NCBI GenBank assembly: GCA_030141605.1
Contig: JAQGDQ010000925.1
Location: 15,907 to 79,906, forward strand
Length of the DNA: 64,000 nt
Reading direction: 5' to 3'
Source of the DNA: Tubiluchus corallicola
Taxonomy: Eukaryota > Animalia > Priapulida
Part shown: piece after piece, positions 28,285 to 39,667 of the stretch
Position numbering within the stretch: the stretch's first letter is position 1
How the letters are laid out: each line of letters starts with the position of its first letter
The notes under the pieces: generated by a model
Seen by the model: the letters and a program-made list of their open reading frames with translations, nothing else
Database searches by the model: none
Told to the model about the DNA's origin: nothing
Position numbers and translations under genes: made by a program

Positions 28285-30141
28285 TCAATTAATGCTTCTC
28301 TTCAAAGCTTCCATAACTCCGAGGAGAATTGCTTCAGAAGTTTCCTTGAATGATTTCTCTGTCACTCCAAATTCAGCTGTATATTGTATTGGTGTATCGC
28401 CAACAGTCACGTCAAAGGTAGCCGGATAAATGTTGTTGCGAAGTTCGCGCATTCTGTCTACATCAATCTTGTTGAACGATACCTGCAGCTTGTTAGGGTT
28501 CAAATATGTAACCCACTTATTTTGATCCGTGACATTCTTGTATGCATCCTGCGCTTTAACAAGTTCAGGACAGTAATGGTTTATGCTAACAGAAATTATT
28601 TCTTTCTCGCAAGGACAATATTTCATGTAGAAGAGGCATGCAACATCTCTAGTAGCTTCATTTTCTACTAGGTGACACTCTGGTTCTTGTTGTGGAATTT
28701 GTGTAATCTCTGGAGCTGAATAGATTCGTGGATGGATGGCAGATCGTTTCAGGCGTCCACGTGCTCCAAACCAAGCAATGTTTCCGGGTCCTCGTCTATC
28801 AGGAAGTCTCTCGATTTTAACAGTCCATTCATATGCTTTGTTGTAAGCCTCCTGGAACTTGCTTTCGGACATTTTCTTCATTTTTGCTGCTGCATGTTTG
28901 TCATTTGCCATCAAGTATGCTCTAGTATCTTCTCTGGTGGGAATGTTCGTTTCTAAATCAAGCCGTGACAGTGATCTCTTTTTTCGTTGGTGCGGGAACA
29001 ATCTGTCAAATAGAGGAAACTCTCCCTTGTCTCCGCTGTGTGATTCCTGAGAAAAACTGTTTTTAATTCTGCCAAATAGCCCGGCAAAAGAGTTTTCAAC
29101 TTTGTCAATAAGTTCATGCATCATTTTATTGGCTTCTGTCATTGCTTCTTCTACTTTTGACTCCATATCACCTAGAAAGCCATTAGTTGCATTTTTAACA
29201 ATGTGAATTACAGTGCCATTTTCAAATGTCTTCTTGAATTCTGCCTCGAAAAAACTGGTAAAATTGTCCTTGAAGAAAATCTTCACCTCCATAAAAATGT
29301 CTCCAGCATGATCAATTGTTTCGTTTAGAAATTCACTCATATCGTCATCCATAAACGTTGGCATGGTATTTAAAAAGAAATCTCTAATATTATTGACAGG
29401 AGCACTTTCAGCTGCTTCATCGAAAAAATCTGCTAAGTCTTCGCTGGCGAAATTAGGAATGTCATCTCGAAAAAACTTAACAAAATGGTTTTCGAAAAAG
29501 TCTGGAACGTGATGTCCAAAGAAATCATGAAAATCATTCCTGAACCAATTTGTTGCTTCATCAAAGAAAACACCCATAGAGTGATCAATGTTGTCTCCAA
29601 AGCGTTGTCCGCAAGAATTCATGTGTCGCTTACAAGCAAACTCTGCAATGTTAGTACATGTACTCGTCCACAATATTTCCATGGGACATTCACGTCTATA
29701 ATATCTACAAAGGTTTTCCAAGTCCCTAGAAGAAGTTACTCCTCTGAAATCATCACAGGTTGGTTCAGAGAGAGGAAGTCGATCCAGTTCACACTTGGCA
29801 GTTTTTTGACTGCAAAGTTGTCGTGCACAGGGTAAGCAGTCCTTTAACCAGCGCTCTTCGTTTCTTCCCCGTATCTGTTCCGTGGCGTAATGTGTTACAT
29901 TCTTGCAGATTCTCCCCTGCTCCTCCATGTTCTCTCTGGCTTCAATCATTTGCCTTTTGGCAGCTAAATACATGAGCTTTAATAGCTTTGTTCCTGCTCG
30001 AGAAAGTCCCGATACCATCTCTTGGGGGAGTAAATCGTTGCTGTCCACTGCTGCAACTGAATCATCTGATTTAGGCATTGCATTTGTCACCTGGCCTAGC
30101 AATGAAATTGCCACAAAAAGAAAGATCAATCTGATCTGCAT
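28285..30141 (-). CDS. Secreted clusterin-like protein, 618 aa, uninterrupted CDS, nested antisense in a TACC intron
   Basis: Long ORF with an N-terminal signal peptide. Five-Cys cluster C79..WLKDCLPCARQLC......C117 and five-Cys cluster C489..CLFYMKYCPCEKEIISV..C524. RKKR and RLKR sites, six N-glycosylation sequons, and a C-terminus DTPIQYT..SFKETSEAIL resembling clusterin. The ORF is certain; the family call is by eye. Confidence 0.8.
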   Translation of the reverse strand: MQIRLIFLFVAISLLGQVTNAMPKSDDSVAAVDSNDLLPQEMVSGLSRAGTKLLKLMYLAAKRQMIEARENMEEQGRICKNVTHYATEQIRGRNEERWLKDCLPCARQLCSQKTAKCELDRLPLSEPTCDDFRGVTSSRDLENLCRYYRRECPMEILWTSTCTNIAEFACKRHMNSCGQRFGDNIDHSMGVFFDEATNWFRNDFHDFFGHHVPDFFENHFVKFFRDDIPNFASEDLADFFDEAAESAPVNNIRDFFLNTMPTFMDDDMSEFLNETIDHAGDIFMEVKIFFKDNFTSFFEAEFKKTFENGTVIHIVKNATNGFLGDMESKVEEAMTEANKMMHELIDKVENSFAGLFGRIKNSFSQESHSGDKGEFPLFDRLFPHQRKKRSLSRLDLETNIPTREDTRAYLMANDKHAAAKMKKMSESKFQEAYNKAYEWTVKIERLPDRRGPGNIAWFGARGRLKRSAIHPRIYSAPEITQIPQQEPECHLVENEATRDVACLFYMKYCPCEKEIISVSINHYCPELVKAQDAYKNVTDQNKWVTYLNPNKLQVSFNKIDVDRMRELRNNIYPATFDVTVGDTPIQYTAEFGVTEKSFKETSEAILLGVMEALKRSIN

Positions 30142-33100
30142 TTTTTCTCAGTTTGGTTGCTTAATAATCCAACTTGAGCTTGGTGAAACTGGAAAATATG
30201 TATGTGTATATGTATCTCAAAAATTCCTATTACACTTTGTTGCACTTTCTGGAATTACGTACGCATCAGAGTCATTGCCAGCAAAATATCAACTGAAACT
30301 GATCAGCAGAATAAGCTTGTTTTCTCCTCTACATTGTTGACAGATCATCTGATAAAGATCCTTTCGAGTTCATATGCCCCAATGGAAAGTTTCCATGCAT
30401 CCTAGTTGAACCTGCAATATACACAATAAATAAATTATAATCAATGATGATCATTGACATCAGCTTATTTAATGCATATGCAAATGTTTAACCCTATACT
30501 GGGGTAGGCGGGTCCCTAACACACTTGTCACGGACATTTAACAGCTTTCTGTATCCCAACCAAAAATTTTCATGCATCCTAGTTGAAATAAGCAGTTGTA
30601 CACATTAAAGGAAAACCAAATGATTGGTTAGATTCACTCTCATTTTAATTTACTGTCCAAAATATACATTTTCTTGCCTATAAAAGTTCGCTATTATTTC
30701 TTATATTTGAATAATTCGTTTGGAAAATTATCGCTTACGACACAAACTAACCACAGTTTGTGCAATGATGGGCATCTTCCCTGTCCGTCAAGCACGTCTG
30801 CATAAGCGAACACTACTCTAAGATGCTGATGTGATGTCACAGAAATGGGCTCTACGTCACACTGACATCACAGGTAAACACTGCAATTCGTGATCATGCT
30901 TATCACAGTACCACACCTATTTGTCGGCCACACAAATGTGACAAAACGGCACCATTGCCCGCCTTAGTGCATTCGCTAAACCTCGAGTAACTTTGAAAGT
31001 TGAACAAAATTTAACTATCCAAAGTAATTATTTTTTAATCTAAGCTTTGATTTAAAAAAGGTATAGTAGTTTTCAGTATTTTAGAGCATACATTATGTTA
31101 AACTAATGTCTACGCAATTGTCCGGTTTTCCTTTAATTTACACACTGGTCAAACTATTTAATGCAGAGCAAATTATCCCAATAAAGATGCAAATTAAGGA
31201 GAGTGGGGGCATACTACATGGTGCGTTCTTTATTCATTGTCTGTGGTGAAGTGATGACGTTTAACCCCCAGTTTTAATGGGCGACAAAAATTATGTCAGT
31301 AATTTATAGAAGCGTGTGCCATGTTTCAAATTCGTATCATATTCGCAATCTTTAATCTTAAAGTTATACATATACTAGACCCACTCACATTGTGATAACC
31401 CATTTTCACATTTTGCTTCTAGCAAAGGGCGGGGTGTGTCTGCTGTTTTTGACAGTTTTTTTTGTGTAGCGTAGTAGGTAATACTAGGCAGGGCTTAATT
31501 TTCCCATTTGGTTGGCTAATCATTTTCTCTGAAGTTTGAAAAGTGGGTAGTTTTTCCAAGTCTTAGTGTGAAATAGCCGGTGTAGTTGAGCTTGTCACTA
31601 TTACACATTTGTTTATGTTCGTTTGAATTTAAATTGGCTGTGATGTGTGCTAACTAGGCTTGCAAATTAAACAAAAATTTGTGGCAGAACAAGGCCATCA
31701 TGCACTGCATACGGAGCAGTAACAGAGAGGTGGAAAACTTGACATGACTATGCGTAAGTAGCATTATTATGTTGGTGACAATAATAAATAATGTGGCATG
31801 GTTGACCATTCACAGAGTAGCTAAGTATTGAAACTTCATACATTTAGAGTAATTCAAAGTTCGGCAGGATAGAATGGTTCCAAGTTTAGCCAGCATCTTT
31901 CACGTGAGGGCTCTGTATTTTCTTAGCGGTCTTTCCAAAAGCAATTAATACGATTTTTTAACACCAAATTTCTTAAAAAAGAGAAACTGATGACATGAAA
32001 AATGAAGCAATTTGGGATGATAGTTATCAAGTTGTAACATTTTGCCGGGTTATGATGCAGAAAAATGTGCCAAAGTTTACATTAGAAGCAAGTGAGTGCC
32101 TTACAAAGTTGAAATTTCACAGTCTGGTATTACAATACATTAGCTTTTAACTGTGGATGTTACAAGTTTATAGCTTAGGTGTTCTTAAGTTATGGCTTTT
32201 GTATGTTAAAAAATTAAATGTTGGAACAGTGTTAACTAATATCAATTGAAAACAGCCACGTTTGGCCTATAAGGCACTCAGTACTGGCAGAAAAATGTTG
32301 TTAAGGAGAAATGGGACTTGTTCTTCTGTCCGGAATTTATCTAAAGAAAGTATGTGACAGCGCACAGAGTCATTTGATACAGAGGAAAGGCAAAAATTGT
32401 TGAGTTGGTACCAAATACCCCTTACGGAAGTGAACGACTGTATTAACTGTTGGAAGAAATGCGTTCATCTAGATTCCATTGAAAATGGTGGCACCTCGAA
32501 GGGTTGCTGTAAATCTCAACAATTTAGTGACACGAAGCTTTTTTGGCTTGTTAATTTAAAACTGCTGCATCTTTTGAAAAATGTGAGGGAATGACCTAAA
32601 ATTTTTGGTGTTTATTCATAAGCATATGTAACATCTATGAGGTAATTTTTAACGGATTCATTTATTTCCTGCTTATAAAATCATAATCAAAGTTTTGGCA
32701 TATTTTTGCAAAAATGATATACCTAATTATAAATTTGTATAAATACATAATTTTATTAAGCGGATAAGATAAAGATAGACTCTTAATTTAAAATTGATAC
32801 AGTATATGTAACGTACTTTCGTGTTAAAGTTTTTTTGTGATGAATGATAGAGTACCCAGATACTAGTAACTGCCATTAATGATTTGGGTACTTTGTGCAA
32901 TTCATTTAATTTGCAATTAAATTGGCTACTTGCACTTTAATAAGCTTACGCAGTACGTGAACCTTTAACGTTACGTCGAATGTCTGTTCACCTGTAGCCT
33001 CAATGATGAATTGCAATGTTCAGTGCTGCGTGGTTAATTAGGTTAACATCAATGTATGGCGTGTTCAGTCAGTAATGTCGCCTCCATAGTACTGTGCTCA

Positions 33101-33662
33101 TAAGTGTATCGTGTTCAGTTTTTGTGGTTTATTAGCTATTGAGGAACAGGTGCTTCATGTGCAGTAGATTGTACATTATTGTATATTGAACGTTGCATTT
33201 TTTGTTATTCAAATTACAACTATTTAGCGATTTTGACGTGCCAAAAATGAAGAAAAATATACTCGGTATGTAAAATGTACTGTAATCACTTTGGTCTACA
33301 CAGATTCAGTTCCTATGCACTTCAACTTCATTACAGAAAAGTGCTTTATATATGTGAGGTGAACTGTGAAAATCAAGCCAACGGCATGTAAGTTATGCAA
33401 AATTTCAAGACGAATTTTTTAAGCTTTAATTTTGAAGAGTGTTCAAAATGAACAGTATAATATAGAATGTCTATCAGAACGTACTTTTAGAAACATTGCT
33501 GTATGTATTCGGAATAGGGGCTTAATAGGACAAAGTTGCTGGTCGACCTTTCAAGGTATTTTAAACAAACTGAGATTTTATAAATTTCGAGAGCTAAACT
33601 GTTGGGTTGTAGACATGACAAAAAGATCAGTATTGAACTTAGGTCCTTGAGTATATCTTGCA

Positions 33663-33755
33663 GAGCTTATCCTGTCTCAGGCTAAATCTATGTTCATCAG
33701 ATTTACACTGGAGAGCTGTCTCAGGCTAAATCTATGTTCGTCAGATTTACATTGG
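33663..33755. repeat. Short tandem duplication (~45 bp x2)
   Basis: ctgtctcaggctaaatctatgttc.tcagatttaca.tgg occurs twice. Confidence 0.8.
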
Positions 33756-34818
33756 TTTTTCTTTCACTGGAGAGCTCATAAGAAAGCTCATGTGTTCTAT
33801 AGAGGTTTGAATCCTGACTTCTTTGAGTCCTTTTTCAGTCAGACGCTCACACTGCTTAAGAGGAAGCTATGCACTACATTGTTTACATTGATCAGATTTA
33901 TCAAGTGTAGTCAAAAACTGATTAATTGTTAGCATTGCGTGTGAGTTCTCCAATAGCGGATTTAATTATTGACCTGATATTGCAACTTATTTACTCAAGT
34001 AGTGTGATTACTGTCGCGTTCTCAACCTCGACTGTTTTCAGAAATGTTTATTTATGAGCGCTTAAGAACTAGGCCAAGTTTACCTTAACAAGGTAACGTT
34101 GGTGGTTAAGCAATCTGCAAAATAAAGTGATTTCACTGACGAATTTGTTATTTAACTCTTTTTTGTTGTTCTTTTTCAATAAATTGATTCACATACCATA
34201 CGCAGTTTTGCTAAGCGTTGTACAAATTACAACAGAGATATTTACCGAATAGTAGTGGAGAAATTTTGTTATAAATAATACTGTTTTTGTTAAAATACAC
34301 ATCTTTTTATGCTTACACCACTCATTTGTTCTAGCAGTCTAACTTCTGCAAAACTTCTAGTAACTTTTCCGAAATTTATAAGGTAATCGTCTTAACCGTT
34401 TTGAAAGGACGACTTCCAACAAGAGACAAATTTTCACTGATTTTTGAGTCAGTGTTTCCTCACCAGACACTTTTATTGCTCTAGTGATGCAAACAACATT
34501 ATTCGGCATTAAATTTTTAAAAGTACATTAGTGCACCACGTTTTTTTCAACACAGTGATGCCACTTCAAACCACATTTACATTTATTTTTTGTGGTGGCA
34601 TGTTGGCCAAAAAAAGAATAAAACTCTGTTCACACTGTGGCTCTTGGACCGAATGTACATGGTTAAAAAAACCTTAGAATTGAGCTGTCAATTTACAACT
34701 GGAAGAAGCTTGAGTTTTTTTGCGAAGTGTCTTGTCAAACGCATTTTACAACTTTTGTTATCTTTCTGATTAATACTGACAGGACAGGTAAAAGCCAACC
34801 GTGAAACTTCTTCTGGGG

Positions 34819-35138
34819 TGGACCAAGAGCAAGTTGGTCCGGAATAAATTTGCAGAAATTCGCTATAACAGTGTCATCAAGTGATCCTTGTGCTGTCTAC
34901 ACAAATTTATGATATATTTCTTTAAAAAGCTATGAACTTGCACATTTGTGTGGTGAGTAAAAATGCTGTGAAATTAATTAATCTCTTTTACATATATGAT
35001 GCACATAAGCTGTTGGACCAAGAACAAGTTGGTCCGGAATAAATTTGTTGAAATTCACTATAACAGTGTCATCAAGTGATCCTTGTGCTGTCTACACAAA
35101 TTGATATATTTCCTTAAAAAACTCTGGACTTGCACATT
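34819..35138. repeat. Local direct duplication (~130 bp, period 195)
   Basis: tggaccaaga.caagttggtccggaataaatttg..tgctgtctacacaaatt occurs at 34819 and at 35014. Confidence 0.85.
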
Positions 35139-35210
35139 TTGTGAAGTTTTACACTCTCGTATAAAAACGGCCTTAAATTCTTAATCAATATACATAAGAA
35201 ATAAATTTGC

Positions 35211-35340
35211 CTAAAGTGTACGATTCCCCACACACAAGAAATTAGTTCGTGAAACGGATTAAGGTTAGGATTACGATTGGGGCTGGGGTTAGGGATAGGG
35301 TTAGGGTATTTAAGTAGTGTGGAGATTTGTAAACTCCTTT
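35211..35340. repeat. Short TIR element with TTAGGG-like core, copy 1
   Basis: Shares ccccacac.caagaaattagttcgt..ttagggt..ttgtaaactc with the copies at 35830 and 42521. Confidence 0.7.
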
Positions 35341-35829
35341 CATAATTTTTTAGCACATTTTTATTTACCGGTTAACTTTCCTTGGATTTCGGTAACACAT
35401 ACAGTAAGTTAACTCAATATTCGTTTTATCTTGGCTGCTTTGTTAAATATTTTTGTAAAACTGAGATTGTAAACTTTTTGTAAAGAAATTTGCAAACTTG
35501 ATGACACAATAGTTTCAGAAGGCATGAGCCCACTGAAAGCAGACTGACTGCTACAGTTATGAGTTATGTAAAGTGTCAGTCCACAGAAAGAAATGTTCAA
35601 CTTTAATATTTGTTGACTGTGGGAATGTCTAACATTTTTAAATTGTACATAAAAGATTTTTCAATGTCAAAAAGCCATATCAAATTCGCTGAAGCTTTGA
35701 TTGTGTCAAAAGCAGTCACATTGCCAGTTATTGGGTTTATGTGATAAAAAATTGCAAAAAATGCATCGAATTGCTATTATCTAAAGTTGCGGCTTGAATT
35801 TTGTAGATCATTTATAAACTTGTTTTTGG

Positions 35830-35950
35830 CTAAAGTTTACAATACCCCACACGCAAGAAATTAGTTCGTTAAGCAGATTAGGGCTAAGATTAAGGTTGGA
35901 GTTAGGGTTAGGGTTAGGGTATTTTAATTGTGCAGGTAATTGTAAACTCT
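35830..35950. repeat. Short TIR element with TTAGGG-like core, copy 2
   Basis: Same termini as copy 1, with internal gttagggttagggttagggt. Confidence 0.7.
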
Positions 35951-38900
35951 TTCTGATTTTTACTTTTTTTCTGATTTAAATATATTTTTAAGCTGTTTTG
36001 CTTTCCATCGTGTAATTGTTTATTAACGGACAAGAAAAGGGGTAGCTGAAGTAGGTTTCAGAAAAATCGCCTTAAAAAGTAATTATAGTAATTTGGGTAC
36101 ATCGTACTCGCGTTGAAAGGATTTTTTGTACTTCCCGCGACACTGTTCCGACGGCGTCATTATGTGACGTCACTACGCAAACGTAAATCAGAGGAAGAAA
36201 GGCAATGTTAAATTAAATGCATTATGCCCCAAAAAACTTTCCGTGCAAATCTTGCTGGAAAGACTTGTGTGTAACTAAAAATAGTAATTTAAAATGTTTG
36301 TGGCAATTGGTAAAATGTCGCCTGACTCTCCAGGGTGCGCCACTCACTGACCAAAAACGTATTTTTAATCTTATTGACAAGATACAGTAATTTAAAATTT
36401 TACTTAGTGAGCAATATGTATGCCACGAATGCTCTGATTCTTTTTTCAAACGTTACTCAGTGTTATCTAAATTTGTTGCAAACGACTACATCAAAATGCT
36501 GCGCCTAACGGTCATCGCGGGAGTTTAAATTTACACGTTCTATACAGTGTTACGGCCGACTTAAACCCTGCGTGCAAAAAGGCAGTATGTAAGTGGTATA
36601 AATTTCAAGACGAATTTTTTAAACTTTATGTAAGTGAAGGGTTATCTTATGCTTTAAGTTAACCATCTTAAGACTATTGGGTATTTTGTCTGTTTTCGTA
36701 TGTCCCTTATTTCAACAGCAGTGGACAATACCAATTCACTGTATTTTTGTAATTACACATGTACATGACAAAAATACCTTCTTAAAATTCACAAGAAAAC
36801 TGGAACAGGGGTGTTTCAAGCAGCGGAGCGTTTCTAATTCGCTAAAGAGCATTTCTGTGTTTTTAAAAACGTAGTCGGGTTTAGAAAAGATTGCAGCGCC
36901 AATAATTGACTTGGGTAAAAAGGCCATAAACTTTAATTGAATCCTGCTGGCTTTATTGTTTGCTACATGTTATCTGCCGGCAGGCGGAACTTAGAATGGA
37001 TTTGTTTACAAATTCGAAGTGTTCACCAGTCGACTGGGTTTGGCTTAACAGAGCATTAGTCCTTTCGAGTGTTTTTCTTTTGCTAAAATTGTGCAAATAA
37101 ATCGATAGGTCATTTGTGTAAAATATCAGTAGTTGTGCGACGTTGTTATATAAAATCCCATTGCAGTAGACCTTGAACTAAAACTTGACCTTGTTTACTA
37201 AATTAGTAAAGGCATTGTTTACTAAATTAGTAAATAATTGAAGTTTTAAATGCAATGCTGAATTCATGTATAGACCTAATTATTTAAAAAATTACCCTAT
37301 TTCCCAGCCGATTGCAGCTTTTAACTAGTGCTATATGGTAATGTTTTAGCAAACTATACTACATATAATAAACTAAAATACATATTTCACAAGAATGCGA
37401 AAGTAGGTGATGTCAGCTAGTGAATAACTGTGGGCACTAACTGTATCTAGTCTTTAACGTCGTAAAATAGCCTTATTAATTATCTGAATTATTTCCACTT
37501 TATGATGCCTAGATTTTTCGGATTGATGGCCTTTGATGTATTTATATGCGTGTGAGAATGTCAATCTAGGCCTGTGTTTTGCATTAATATGTAAACTCCA
37601 TTCGACTCTGTGCAAGATAGTTCGTGATAAAGAAACGAAATGAGAAACTTATATAAATTGTAATTTCAACAAATTTTTCGCGGCATTTTTTCGAAAATTT
37701 AATACAAGTTTGGTGAGTACTCTTGATGCATTTTTGACCAATGATGCAGAGAAATTCATTTAAAACTATTTCACTAGAGGGCATGTTACCTGACTAACCT
37801 GCTGATTTATTGTCCCACCTGTAAGGTGTCCTTGCCCAACAACACCTATGCAATTCTGCAAGTCCATTTCCACTTATAGAGAATGTTGAAGTGTTTTAAA
37901 ATGGTCTGTTTATTGAGGAAATACACGTGTTTTGTATTGTTGGTGACAAGGTTTAAGTTGCATTCGACAATTATGACGTCAGAAGTTGATTGTCTCCATG
38001 GAACAAACTGAGAAAGTGGTGAGAAAGAGAGTTCGTGTTTGTAACTTGCTGTATAAGTCTCTGATTTAGCATGTATACATGTTGTAATGGTAGTCACTAT
38101 TCATACAGCTGCGTGTAATAATTAAGGTTCCGCAATATTTGCAGAATTTTATTGGAAATCAGACGTTCATCATTTTTTTACTTTCGTAAATTCTTCACTT
38201 GAACACTGGTATTTCTTTAAGTGGTCTATTTAACTCAGGAATTGTTCATTAATTGTAATAAATACGTTTCGTATTTTATGTAGTTATTTTATTCCCAATT
38301 GATTACGCCGTTTTTACTGACAGAATTAAACTTGGAAAAGCAAGAGGTGCCTTTGTGGCCTCTCTATTGGCTTTGATAATAGCGTTTAGATAAGCAAGCA
38401 CATTCCGTCAAGAGCCTTCCATTGCTGGTCTAAAGTTTTGGGCCTAATTACCCTTCATTTAAACACGTAGGGTGCCCGGGAGTGATGTGTCAACTCATGT
38501 GGGTGAAAGAAACAAACAAATAGAGTGGCAGTATGAAATCATGACAATGCCAATCGCCACTCAAGCTAAGTTGTATATATAGTAAAAAGGCGAAGAGGCT
38601 ACGTGAATAAGCATTCAGAGGCATATTTCATTTATTACTAATTTGCTTACTATAGGATATGTGTTGCTGCTCTTTTCAACAGAGGCAGATTGTAGTTTTC
38701 AGGGAAACACTTCTGGCTGGGAGAATTCCACAGATAAAAAGCCTTGTGGGAAAAATGGGTAAAAAATAAAAGTATCGGAAGAAGATAGTGCGTTAACTGT
38801 TTAATAACGCCTATGCACAAAATTGCAAATTTTTGCCTTATATATAGTCTGAATTAAGTTGAACTAGAAACTAGCAATCATTATCCTGCTTGAACTTGCT

Positions 38901-39373
38901 AATTCTATAGGGTTTATTGATGCATTTAACTGGTGTCGCTGCCAGTTTTCAAACCAGCAGAACGTCCTTTTTACCTGGAGACTCGTTATGGCTTCATTTA
39001 ATTAAACTTGAGTGGGATTAGATTAGGATTTGGCTTCTCTCTCATGTTCGTCCAATTCTCCTTGATCATAACAATGGTAAAACATTGATTAGTTTGCACA
39101 GTACAGCTCTCGCATGCTTGTAGACAAACCAGCCTGCGTGTGGGTTGCCTCATTCCAGGAGTTGTGATCGCTGATCACTGTGGTATGCTTGATGCCTATT
39201 CAGTAACTGGCTTCAGTAATAGAGTGACAGCCAGGGGATAACCATTCTGCGGTATCTATTAGTTAGCTAGGTTTATTAATAAAATATACGGCTTGCTGAT
39301 ATTAACCTATTTCTGGGGAAATACTGGTGTCCGAAGGTTGAACACAAGATTAACTAACTGGTATCGAATGTAA

Positions 39374-39667
39374 GTAAAAATGGCACAGGAAAAAATGGCA
39401 CACTTAGCAATATATGTGCTTAGGGTTAAAGTTATAGTGGATATAATTATTTTAATTATTTTTATCTCTGCCAATATAAATTTATTTAAAGAACAAATAT
39501 TTCATGAGTCTTTTGCTAGTCTACATAATACCAATGCATGTTTATCTTTATCTTTTTGTGAAATTTTTTTCGCATTTGGCAGAGATCTGCTTCCCACTGA
39601 GCGCATTCTAGTTTTATTATAGAAATCGTCTGCATCGAAATAACGTATGTGCCATTTTTCCTGTGTC
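39374..39667. repeat. MITE-like family with 15-bp tgtgccatttttcc subterminal repeats (relatives at ~17640-17730 and ~19664-19909)
   Basis: aaaaatggcacagg repeats at the left end, tgtgccatttttcctgtg at the right end. The inner segment matches the reverse complement of ~19780-19860. Confidence 0.6.

Noticed and set aside
29485-30340. Plus-strand ORFs of 116 and 145 aa
   Set aside because: Antisense shadows of the 618-aa CDS.
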